34,455 nt of DNA from Macrostomum lignano (lineage: Eukaryota). This document shows, in pieces, positions 12,212 to 22,226 of this stretch. Numbering within the stretch: the first letter of the stretch is position 1; every line of letters begins with the position of its first letter. Made by a program: the position numbers and the translations under genes. The notes under the pieces were generated by a model. It was given only the letters and a program-made list of their open reading frames with translations, made no database searches and had not been told where the DNA came from. The DNA lies in assembly GCA_002269645.1 (NCBI GenBank), contig NIVC01004812.1:1-34455 (forward strand). The letters run 5' to 3'.

Positions 12212-12494
12212 TTACATGTATGTCTGTACAGTTGCTAATTAAACTAATCGAATATCATATCATTTTCTGAGGTCTGTGGGCAAACTGCATGCTTCAACGC
12301 CTTCGGAGACCTCCTCCTCCCACAACCAGCAGCGCTGGGGCAATTCTGCCCATTCCACTGACTCCATGTCCTTGTCCATGTCCATGATAAATCATAAAAA
12401 GCAATTCACCAAAAGTTTTTAATAATTTGCACGCATTCTAATGCATACAGTCGGCACCAAAAACTCGGAGAAAAGTCTATTTCCTAGAAGCAAT

Positions 12495-12858
12495 TATTAT
12501 TTTTTTATTAGAGGCAGGGGGGTTGTGTGCACCCTGGCGCACTTTAAGCGACATAGGCACACAACCGGCGAGAGGCATTACTGCCCATTCCGCCGACTTC
12601 CCTGAGCAGGCATACAAGCGCGCGGATACGTACGCAGGCACACACTCACACAGGAGTGTACAGCGGCCCTAACTTTATTTTATCGTTAGGCATGTACACT
12701 TCACTGCGCCTTGGGGGGTTTGGCTCTCAAGGCCGTTAATTGCACGAGCAGAGCCAAGCCGAGATTCCAATTCAGCCCAAATTAATGTGACTGCACTTGG
12801 AATCGAGCCTGGGTCGCTGGCACACCAGACAGCAGCGCTACCGCTGGGCTACGCCCCC
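12495..12858 (-). mobile_element. tRNA-derived SINE (family B), near full length
   Basis: Head GGGGCGTAGCCCAGCGG...GGCTCGATTCC, A-rich tail; body is shared with the truncated copy at ~11704-11925. Confidence 0.7.
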
Positions 12859-13084
12859 CCCCCCCTACGCAATTAACTGCTTTCCTGTCCCCTATTCGCT
12901 TGGTCAGGAAATTGAAGAAGTTTGCGAATTTTCTTTGTTGCTTTCTGTATGCCTCACTTAGCAGAGGAATGTTAGCCTGCCGTTGATGGCTGGGAAACAA
13001 AGTCCGCTTCTAACTTCTTTTTTGGCACCAAGGAAATGCTTTGAGTCTTCGCGCTTTTTCTATGCCCATGCTTGTCCTATGCTG

Positions 13085-13928
13085 CAGATTGACATTCCCC
13101 AACCCTATCCTATGGTGCAGATAGACATTCCCCAACCCTATCCTATGGCACAGATAGACATTCCCCAACCCTATCCTATGGTACAGATAGACATTCCCCA
13201 ACCCTATCCTATGGCACAGATAGACATTCCCCAACCCTACCCTATGGCACAGATAGACATTCCCCAACCCTATCCTATGGTACAGATAGACATTCCCCAA
13301 CCCTATCCTATGGCACAGATAGACATTCCCCAACCCTACCCTATGGCACAGATAGACATTCCCCAACCCTATCCTATGGCACAGATAGACATTCCCCAAC
13401 CCTACCCTATGGCACAGATAGACATTCCCCAACCCTATCCTATGGCACAGATAGACATTCCCCAACCCTATCCTATGGCACAGATAGACATTCCCCAACC
13501 CTACCCTATGGCACAGATAGACATTCCCCAACCCTATCCTATGGTACAGATAGACATTCCCCAACCCTATCCTATGGCACAGATAGACATTCCCCAACCC
13601 TACCCTATGGCACAGATAGACATTCCCCAACCCTATCCTATGGCACAGATAGACATTCCCCAACCCTACCCTATGGCACAGATAGACATTCCCCAACCCT
13701 ATCCTATGGCACAGATAGACATTCCCCAACCCTACCCTATGGCACAGATAGACATTCCCCAACCCTACCCTATGGCACAGATAGACATTCCCCAACCCTA
13801 TCCTATGGCACAGATAGACATTCCCCAACCCTACCCTATGGCACAGATAGACATTCCCCAACCCTATCCTATGGCACAGATAGACATTCCCCAACCCTAC
13901 CCTATGGCACAGATAGACATTCCCCAAA
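13085..13928. repeat. 33-bp minisatellite, ~25 copies, at the 5' end of CA intron 2
   Basis: Unit CAGATAGACATTCCCCAACCCTA(T/C)CCTATGG(C/T)A; begins ~16 nt past the GTGAGT donor. Confidence 0.97.
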
Positions 13929-13944
13929 TGACACGCAGACTCAC

Positions 13945-14296
13945 CGCCCATATTAATCAGCGTGTCATTTGCCAGAGCCTTTTCAAGGTCTTTAAACAGA
14001 GGATTATCGGTGGCCGACACTTCGTAGAAAACGCCCAGCACCGCCAGGCCATTGGGCCGACTGGCTGCCATGCTGATATTGGCATAATCTTTGGAATTGT
14101 AGAACACCAGGTGACCTTCGGCTGCGTAAGATTTCTTATCCAAGGTGTGCTCGGAACCCTGCTGATCAGAGCTGCCCCAGTGCCAGTGCAGCTGAGCAGC
14201 TGTGTACATCTGGTCCGCGGCAGTCTGGCCCATTGTGATTGATAGCTCGGGCGACCAGTTCAATTCGATTTTGTGACCGTCGTTTTTCAGCGTGAA
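13945..14296 (-). CDS. Alpha carbonic anhydrase, exon 2 (zinc ligands)
   Basis: CTCCAG|TTC acceptor and G|GTGAGT donor; NDGHK (His64-like), QLHWHWG (His94/96), GSEH, EGHLVF (His119). Confidence 0.93.
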
Positions 14297-14331
14297 CTGG
14301 AGTTGATATTGAATTATAGATTTAATAGAAA

Positions 14332-15000
14332 ATAGGAGAGGAGAGGGGAGAGAAGAGGGGGAGGAGAGGGGGAGAGAAGAGGGGGAGAGAAGAGGAGGAG
14401 AGAAGAGGGGGAGAAGAGAGGGAGAGGGGGAGAAGAGAGGGAGAGGGGGAGAAGAGGGGGAGAGAAGAGGAGGAGAGAAGAGGGGGAGAAGAGAGGGAGA
14501 GGGGGAGAAGAGAGGGAGAGGGGGAGAAGAGAGGGGGAGAAGAAGGGAAGAAGAGGGGAAGAAGAGGGGGAGAAGAGAGGGAGAGGGGAAGAGAGGGAGA
14601 GGGGGAGAAGAGGGGGAGAAGAGAGGGAGAAGGGGAGAAGAGGGGGAGAAGAGGGGGGAGAAGAGGGGAGAAGAGAGGGAGAGAAGAGGGGGAGAAAAGA
14701 AGGAAACAATAGGGGAAGAACGGGGAGAGAAGAGGGGGAGAGAAGAGGGGGAGAAGAGAGGGAGAGGGGGAGAAGATAGGGAGAAGAGAGGGAGAAGAAG
14801 GGGAGAAGAGGGGGAGAAGAAGGGGAGAAGAGAGGGAGAAGAGGGGAGAAGAGGGGAAGATAAGAGAAGGAGATAAGAGGGGGAGAAGAAATAGAAAAGG
14901 GGGGAGAAAATGGGGAGAAGAGAAGAGAGAAGAGGGGAAGAAGAGAAGAGGGGGGAAGAGAGGAGAGAAGAGGGGTAGAAGAGGGAGAGAAGAGAGGGAG
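14332..15000. repeat. GA-rich low-complexity tract in CA intron 1
   Basis: Degenerate GAGAAGAGGGG array. Confidence 0.95.
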
Positions 15001-15070
15001 AATAGATTATGCATGCATAAATACATAATCAATAGATCGGCCCAGCCCCCAGTATCCCGCTCCGCTCCAC

Positions 15071-15322
15071 CTTAACGCCAGCCGCAATGGATGACTGGTG
15101 GAACACGTATTTCCTAATCAGCGAGCTCTGCAGCGCAGTCTGCGTGCTCAAATCGATGGGGCTCTGTTTGTCTCCGGCGCAGAATTCCGGAAACAACTCG
15201 GCCCATCGGTTCGGTCCGTTCTTGCCGTAATCCCAGCCGCCAGCCGCCAAACTCGCTTGCAGTTGGGCAGCAACCAACAGCGACAGCATGGTGACCCAGG
15301 ATTTGCTTCCAGCAGATGCCAT
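15071..15322 (-). CDS. Alpha carbonic anhydrase, exon 1 (signal peptide, WDYG..GP..W, C...QSPIDL)
   Basis: ATG at 15322; phase-0 donor AAG|GTGGAG; the three exons total 996 nt = 331 aa with canonical active-site residues (CA IV-like architecture). Confidence 0.88.
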
Positions 15323-16174
15323 TGTCTGCAAATAAGTGAGACAGACTACTGGATGAATATTATAAATCAACAGAAAAACCACAAGTGACTTCATTAACAA
15401 CAACAGTCACTGCTGTGTGTAAGGAGCTGCGTGTAAGGGTTAAAAAAATCTAGTACGAAGCGACCTGCTTTATTGTGTTCACCATTACTTGGTAAGTATT
15501 TTTCTAGAGTTTTTAAAAAATCTGCCGATGTCAAGCTCCACAATCAGTAAATTATTTAATTAGCATTAATTGCATGGCGAAAGGGGTCTAAACAAGTCAT
15601 GATTTTTATCCAAGGACCATTGATATTTTAAGCTAGGGTCGTTGCACTATTACATGCATGTTATGTATAGTGTATTATATAATTTTTGTGACAGTTTATT
15701 GTATAAATTCGTGTGCATAGCCTAGAATTGGAAACAATTTATAGTGTTAAATAAATAGAAAGTAAGTTACACATAGTAATAGAAAAGTATAACTAAAAAA
15801 CAGTAAGAAATACAGATAGGCGACAAATTTATGTCTTTTCAAATTGTAGAAAATAATTTTAGTTCTTGGTGTAGCCACAGTTGGAGTAAAGCCGAGAGAA
15901 AATTTGTGGCAGAATGTCCATAGACTTTCGTGCCATGAGAGTCTAAAACACTGCATGACATGAGAAGCCTTGCTGTGAAGTTTCAGGGGTTGATTTGTCT
16001 ATGACCAGACCTCAAAATAGAGAGCTCCAACTGTAACCTCACCAAAAATTAAACAAAAAACCTGAATTTGTCCCCCATTTGTCAAAACAAGAATTCTGGT
16101 GCACCAATCGGTTTTAAAGTAACTCGGATATTATTGCACCTTCAACAGAACTGCTTACAGCACAGTAGCCCATT

Positions 16175-17867
16175 TTACAGATGCCGCGAGCTGTACACCG
16201 TGATGCACCTGAGCAAACGCCGAGCATACTCCGGATGAGTTGCATCCACCTTGAAGCGTTGACTCCACATGTCGCTGAAGTCGCGATGTGCCGACTCCAT
16301 CGCCTGCTCAGACCAAAACCCAAGGCCTCGGCGACACCCATATTGTACTGCCATCGCTTCCAAAAACTGCGGCACGTGGTCAATGAGGGCATGGGCCTTC
16401 GGAGTGATGTTGATGGCCAGAGCGTGGTATGCCGCCTCGAACTCTTTGACTGCTGTATCGTAGCCTTCAAGCAGTTGTTGGCCGAAGCACTTCTGCTGGA
16501 CAGCTCGCAGGCAGCTGAATGCATGGGCGACAGGCACTCCGCTGAAGGCAGCGTGGTCAGCGAGGATCTGGCGCAGGCTGTCGACTCCACCAAGCAGTCG
16601 GTCGCACTCATTGCCATTGAACTGGCTGCCATGATACGGTGAGCGCCGTACGTGAAGAGCCTCAGCCCACTGTGCAGCACGGACTCCGTCGGGACCCAAT
16701 GCTGTCAGGCGCTGCTCAAGCTCGTCGTACAGCCTGTTGACAAGGCCTAGCAGCAGGTGGAGCTCCATGGGTGGCACGGCTTCTAGCGTGTTTGAACTGT
16801 CTGGCCAATTCAGCAGTGGTTGCCTGATGCAGTTGTGGAATGGCTCTCCTGATGGCTTTGAGCTTCGTTGCCCCTCGATGCGCTGATACTGGGCAGCTTG
16901 GCTGCGAATAGAGCCAAAAGTCCGCAATCTGACACTGCGATGGGGATTGGCGAACTCTTTTCGAGGCGTCTCGCACCACGGGCAGGGATGGGCGCTGCTG
17001 GCGCTCTGCAGTCCAAGAAGCACATTTGCAAGTTTCATGTCCACGGAGCTGCAGAAAGACACGTCTTCTAGGTTCAGCAGATTTAGCACAGTTTGCACGT
17101 TCTCATAGTACTCCGGTACTTTTTCAACTGCTGCGATAATTAATAGCTTCTTTACACCACCTTCGGCAAAAGGGCTGCTGCCGGCCTCGGTGACACCGCC
17201 TAGTAGAACAGATGACTGCTCCCCGGACCGGACCAATGTCATGCAAACTTTAAAAAAGCCGCGTCCTCCATCAATACCAATCTTAAGTAGGAAGCTGCCA
17301 GGATCAGGATCCATTCTCCGCCGTGCCAGCACGTAGCCCACCAAGCCAGAGACGTTGGAGCAGAACACAACAGTCCGCGTTTCAAATTCGCCCGTGCTGC
17401 AACGGACTTGGACTGACTCTGTTGCATAAAATGGATCCAACTCGCTATTCAATTCTGCCAGGCGATGCAGGAGGTTTGGCTCGATCGAACTGCGACCCTT
17501 CCACTCACGGAAGAACTGGGCCGCCTGTCTGGTTTGCCGACCACTCAAACCGATCGCATCCTGCATCCTGGCAATCTCACTAGCCGGCACTGATATGTCA
17601 CCACCCGCGGAGCACCTGCTACTCTGAGCGGACACGCTTAGCGTGATTGGGCGGCCTCGAGTTGCCAGCCGAATAGGCGAATCGCCACCTGCGTCTGTTA
17701 ACTTGGCTTTGAGGACGTCACTAGCATGAATTTCTGAACCACGCGGATCACGTGACAGCTCAGAGCAGATGTTATTTAGCCAGCGAGATTGCGTACAGGT
17801 GTGGCTAAGACCCCTGCCAATGGTGGAGTGACATCTCTGGCAGATGGTGATGGGACGAGCAGGTGGC
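16175..17867 (-). mobile_element. Chapaev/Transib-related (CMC) DDE transposase ORF, 5' part cut off by the Polinton
   Basis: Motifs IGIDGG, VDMKL..LLGLQ....HPCPWC, PPMELHLLLG, TPKAH...H, GFWSEQAMESAH. By my translation the frame stays open upstream of 17635 (C..C..H.C cluster CQRCHSTIGRGLSHTC) up to the junction at 17867. Confidence 0.75.
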
Positions 17868-18137
17868 AGTAGTATATAAAAAGACGCTTCTAGACCCAGA
17901 GCACTTTTTTAATGACCGTTTTAAGGGTCTAGAGGGGGGACACGGGGGGTAAATAAAAAAACACATCTAAACACCATTAATACATCTAATCACCCATAAT
18001 CACCCCTAACAATAAAAATCATTCCCAACACTTCCAAACACTCCCCAACACCCCCCTCGCGTCCCCCCTCTTAAGACCTTAAAAACGGCCATTAAAATAA
18101 GGTCTGATCTGTAAGCGTCTTTTTCTATACTACTACT
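17868..18137. repeat. Imperfect inverted repeat at the Polinton left terminus
   Basis: 17868-~17950 (AGTAGTATATAAAAGACGCTT...) pairs with ~18048-18134 (...AAGCGTCTTTTTCTATACTACT), about 80% identity by eye. Confidence 0.85.
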
Positions 18138-18191
18138 CTATAACCCCTTGCCCGCGCCGCAGGCGCGAAGGGTCTTTTTCTGTTACTAAAA

Positions 18192-18506
18192 ATGACCCGA
18201 GTTTACACCTTTTCTGTTAGTGATACTTTTGAGACTGTTGCTAAAAATGCAGAGATAATAAAACAACATATTTTGAATGGAATAATTGATGAAGTTTATT
18301 TAAAATATGACGACAAGCATGACCTAAAGCTTTATCCATTAGAGCTAGATGAGATGTATGATTTAGAACAAGAGGGTGAGTTAATATTTCAACTTGGAGA
18401 TTATTTAAATTCGGATGATTGGGAGGTTAGATCAACAGATTCCGAATCAACAAATAGTTCATATGAAACCAGTGATTCAGAGAATGAAAGTGAAATTTTT
18501 ATGTGA
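18192..18506 (+). CDS. Polinton hypothetical acidic protein (104 aa)
   Basis: AT-rich ORF with the AAAAATG start context typical of the element; no motif recognised. Confidence 0.6.
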   Translation: MTRVYTFSVSDTFETVAKNAEIIKQHILNGIIDEVYLKYDDKHDLKLYPLELDEMYDLEQEGELIFQLGDYLNSDDWEVRSTDSESTNSSYETSDSENESEIFM

Positions 18507-18522
18507 AAAAAATATTTAAAAA

Positions 18523-18747
18523 ATGAACTATTATTCTATAACAGAAACGACGTTTATTATGAAAAATATATATAAAAAAATGAAGGTAAATTATTCCTAC
18601 ATCGGAAATGTTCCAATTAATGAACTTAATGAAAATTTAAGTTTGATAACAGTTGAACAAATGTCAATAATAATATTAGTAACAATAATAGTAATAATAT
18701 TGTTTTTGTTTGTAATAAAAAATTTACTACCATGTTGTCTTAAGTAA
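18523..18747 (+). CDS. Small single-pass membrane protein
   Basis: Hydrophobic IIILVTIIVIILFLFVI followed by KNLLPCCLK; converges on the restored integrase stop. Confidence 0.55.
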   Translation: MNYYSITETTFIMKNIYKKMKVNYSYIGNVPINELNENLSLITVEQMSIIILVTIIVIILFLFVIKNLLPCCLK

Positions 18748-18757
18748 CTGTTTGAAC

Positions 18758-21700
18758 TTAGTTCGCAGACATTATCTGGTTCCAGTGCTGGGCGTTAACT
18801 AGTTAATTGTTTAACTAGTTAATTAACTAGTTAAATTTTTTTTAAAATCGTTAAATTTTCGTTAAATTTTTTATGTATTAACTAGTTAACAAAAATCGTT
18901 AATTTTTTTCTGTAAGTTAAAGTTAAATGACAAAAGTTAATAATTCCGGGAAATGGAGTTCCCCGGGTTCAAAATCCGCGGGTTTCAACAGCTTGTATGC
19001 ATTAAAAAGTAAAATTAATACATACATAAAATAACTTCGCCTTTCTAAGCATTATTTAACGCGTCACAAACTACTATTACATGTATATAATTTCAGTTAC
19101 AAGTTATAATGTATTGAATATTCCGGAAGATTCTGGAATCTTCAACTATTATCTATTGATATTCTACCCAAGGACTACTAGAAGTTATCGTTGTACATAG
19201 GGATGTCGATTCCCCGGGGAATTTTCTTATCGGGGACCCGAGTAATTTACTGTCATTCCCCGGGGACCCCGGGGACTCCGGGGAAAAATAAGTAAAAAAC
19301 GGCGGATAACTTAGATCTTAAGTCACTAAGTGGCAATTCTTAAACTTTGATTAAAGCTTTGGATGGACTACATGTTCAAGGCGCAAGGGTAAAAACTTAA
19401 GGCAATGTTTGTTTAAAACTGTATTTGACAACGTGGCATCACCAAAACGTGCGCGCACCTTTATCAGAAAGGGTCCAGACTCCGGAGGCGGAAAATGCAT
19501 ACTCAGCAGCTGCACTCGAGGGAGGATAATTAATGAATGAGACTGTTTTTATAATCGGAATTTTAATTTCTTGCAGATACATGTAAATCACAATTTTGTC
19601 CTGTCTAATAGGGAGTATTTTGTTATTGTATGACACCCCCCTATGCGTTAGTGACTGACGCAGGATATGGCGCTGTGCCTGCGTCAAATGCGTCAAGCCG
19701 TCAACGCAGACCAACACAATAGTCAGTAAGGCTTCTTTTTCCTGACGGCTTTCTACGCTCGTACGTTCAATTTGCTTGATTGAAAGACTCATAGTGAAAA
19801 AAAACATTCAAACGGGTCGCTAACTTCATAAGACCGAAATTTCACAACGCCGAAAATTCTGCATGCAATACAATCCTTATTGTAAGGTTTTCTACGATGT
19901 GAAATTTCGATCTTATGAAGTTTCGGTCTTGTGAAGTATGGTGTTTCGGCGTTGTGAAATTTCGGTCTTATGAACCCCCCCCCATTCAAACGTGTGTTGT
20001 GTTTGAAATAATACATTGAAATAAGCAGTTTTGCGGTAAAAAAAGCATAGACAGAGTTTCAATCAGCTTTCTGTGAATGATTTTCTTATTTAAATGGCAA
20101 AAATTTAGTTAAAAATGCTTTTTTTCTCCCCGGGGTCCCCGGTCTAATTCCCCGGGGAGTATTCCCCGACAAGCTCCCCGGGGCCCCGGGGAGCCCTCCC
20201 GGGGTCGACATCCCTAGTTGTATACATGTAGTTGTAATTCTGCCTTCCCTGCTGCGCTGCTCCGCGTCGCGCTGCATAGATATTTCCTTGTCGCGTTGCA
20301 CCATTCTGCGCCATGTCGCGCCGCCGCGCGACTTCCCGCGCCGCCGAACGACCTCCTGCGCTGCGTCGCGCCACCGCGGCGCGCCGCGCCGCACCGCGAC
20401 CTGGCCACAGCCGCGCCGCGCCGACCTGAAATTTAAAAAACGCGCCGGACGCATGTCCGGGAAAATGTCACTTTTTCCGTTAGAGAATTATTAACTTTAA
20501 CTTTTAACTTTTCAGAAGTTAAATTTTGGGCAAAAGTTCAATAATTAACTAGTTACAGTTAATTTTTTTGGAGCAATTAAATTAACTTTTTAACTTTTAA
20601 CGAGTTAAAAAAATTGATTAACTTGCCCAGCACTGTCTGGTTCTCATAAAAAGAACCCAATATTTCTTCACCATCCTTATCAGCAATTATATAGGTTGTA
20701 GGATTTGTATTTAAAACTTTACTGATGGTAAATTTCTCACTTATTTTCCAATATCCTTTTCTTCCCTTTTCAAACTTATCTTTCCATTTATAGATATAAA
20801 CAGAATCACCAACCTTAAAACCTTTAGTTTTCTTTTTTTCAAAATCTCCAAAAGTAACCCTAACATTTTCAGGATTGTTATAAGCTTGTTGAGGAGTCAT
20901 CTTTATCGCCGAATGATATGAATTGTTATAATCTTTCACTACGTCTGGTAATATTTTTACCCATTTTTGGTTACCATTAAGACTAAACTGAAACCATAAT
21001 TTCTTACCTAAAGTTCTATTAAATCTTTCTATTAATGCGTTTTTACTCTCTCCATAAATAGAATAAATTTTATTAATATACTCCCCATTCGCGTCCTTTT
21101 TCCTTTCTTGTCCTTTTTCAAAATGGTACAATTTATACATGTGAGGATTGTAAAATTCTTTTCCTTCGTCAACACACAACCTTTCACTTTTTTCTCCAAG
21201 ACTTCTAAAAGCAGCAGCAACCTCCTTTCCCTTTTTGGATTTTAAAGGAACAGCCCACGCGTATCGAGTAAAACCATCTAATATGGTTAAGATATATTTA
21301 TATCCTCTTTCGTTCGGCATCGACATTAAATCAGCATACCAAATTTCATTCTTTTTGAAGTTCATGATTTTTCTATAAAATTTAGGTTTTCGATATTCTT
21401 TATGAAGAATCTTTGCCTCATCAGAACTTAACCCGCCGCCACTTAACAACAAACACTCAACACAATTATTTCCATGTTGATTATAATTAATTCCCAAACC
21501 AAATTTAACTTTAGACTGCAAGATCTTTTTAACCATCCACCTAGTTAATTTTTGACCTACCGATAATCCCTGCAAGTTATCTAATCCTTGAATCATTTTT
21601 TGATCGGCTTCATGTTTTAATCTTAATGCTTCCTCGGGTGTGTTCTTATCAGCATCTCTGTATGCTAAGTCATGATAGTATGCTAACCAATCAATTCCAT

Positions 21701-22226
21701 TTATGGGAATTGAATCGGCTTTTGGGGTGTCATCAGGATTTAATCTCAAATCTAAGCGAGTGCCGGGTAGTTTACCCTCAATCTTTCGAAAGAGGCTGGA
21801 GCACACCTTAAGCGGCGATAATTACCGCCCATCTCCGTCTGCTCTCTGAACCTTCTCCTTATATTTAAAATACTTAGGAGCTTGGCTGCGCATTGCCACC
21901 GTGTCTTCAAGCTTTTTACCATCGAACCATAGGTTCGCGGACGAAGTCCGATTGGGAAGAGGAGTTACCTCTGTTCCTTCAAAAGATTTCTCAATTGAAG
22001 TGGTACTTGAAGCTGTATGACGGGTTTCACGCAATTTGGAGATGTCGCCACAAATAGTGACTAGCAAGGACATTGCCTTCCTCACTCAGGCCACGGGTTA
22101 ACCTGTGAAGTTCATTGATGGTAGGTGTAGCTCACCCGTATACCTCCCAGTAGTAAATATTGGTGGTAAGCTTGTTAATCCTTTTTGAACATCTAAAAAT
22201 CCTCCTTCAAATACTATTTGGTTCAT
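18758..22226 (-). CDS. PLA2-like domain fused to retroviral-type (rve) integrase; split by a group I intron and by a hAT insertion (exons 22226-22101, 21767-20636, 18774-18758; 424 aa restored)
   Basis: ELHLPSMNFTG^PGTRL...PINGIDWLAYYHDLAY...HEADQKM...KVKFGLG is a parvovirus VP1u-like PLA2. Integrase motifs IWYADL (D), ILDGFTRYAW, VDEGKEF (D), IERFNRTL (E). Removing the hAT restores GSFYENQIMSAN*. Confidence 0.85.
19198..20216 (-). mobile_element. Second hAT-derived element nested in the first, with a remnant of the hAT dimerization domain
   Basis: TIR TAGGGATGTCGA / TCGACATCCCTA; 8-bp TSD GTTGTACA/GTTGTATA (7/8); CCCCGGGG subterminal repeats; PPSSAAAEYAFSASG (~19439-19528, -) resembles the hATC PASSA.SER.FS..G motif. 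Confidence 0.8.
19814..19982. mobile_element. 169-bp MITE (MULE-like) nested in the second hAT
   Basis: 9-bp TSD CATTCAAAC (19805-19813, 19983-19991); perfect 31-bp inverted repeat 19825-19855 / 19944-19974. Confidence 0.85.
21768..22100 (-). ncRNA. Group I self-splicing intron (IC1-like, with P5abc), 333 nt, no internal ORF
   Basis: P1 exon CAGGU / GCCUG with U-G at the splice site; P3 CAUCUCC (22044-22038) / GGAGAUG (21836-21830); P4 UGCGU/GCGCA; P6 GCC/GGU; P6a CUCCU/AGGAG; P7 GAGAGCA (21846-21840) / UGCUCC (21803-21798); core P AAAUUGCG, Q AAUGCGCAGCC, R UCAGAGAGCA, S AAGGUGUGCUC; P8 GGCG/CGCC; P9 with GAAA loop; P9.0 AG/CU; removal restores the frame and the PLA2 motif. Confidence 0.92.

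Larger units (their letters stand above)
18783..20635. mobile_element. Non-autonomous hAT-type element inserted in the 3' end of the integrase gene
   Basis: TIR CAGTGCTGGGC / GCCCAGCACTG; exact 8-bp TSD TCTGGTTC (18775-18782, 20636-20643); GTTAAC/TAACTAGTTA subterminal repeats. Confidence 0.92.

Noticed and set aside
12983-14242. 419-aa plus-strand repeat protein
   Set aside because: Antisense to CA exon 2 plus the minisatellite; no independent evidence
16114-17583. Overlapping ORFs around the transposase
   Set aside because: GC-rich shadow frames without motifs
20086-20494. Arg/Ala-rich ORFs
   Set aside because: GC-rich subterminal repeats of hAT elements
20577-21806. ORF-track 409-aa protein as a stand-alone gene
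   Set aside because: Its first 13 codons are intron sequence and its last 19 are hAT sequence; the true gene is the spliced 22226-18758 model
21822-22085. 87-aa minus-strand ORF
   Set aside because: Lies wholly within the group I intron core, has a non-ATG start and no homing-endonuclease motif
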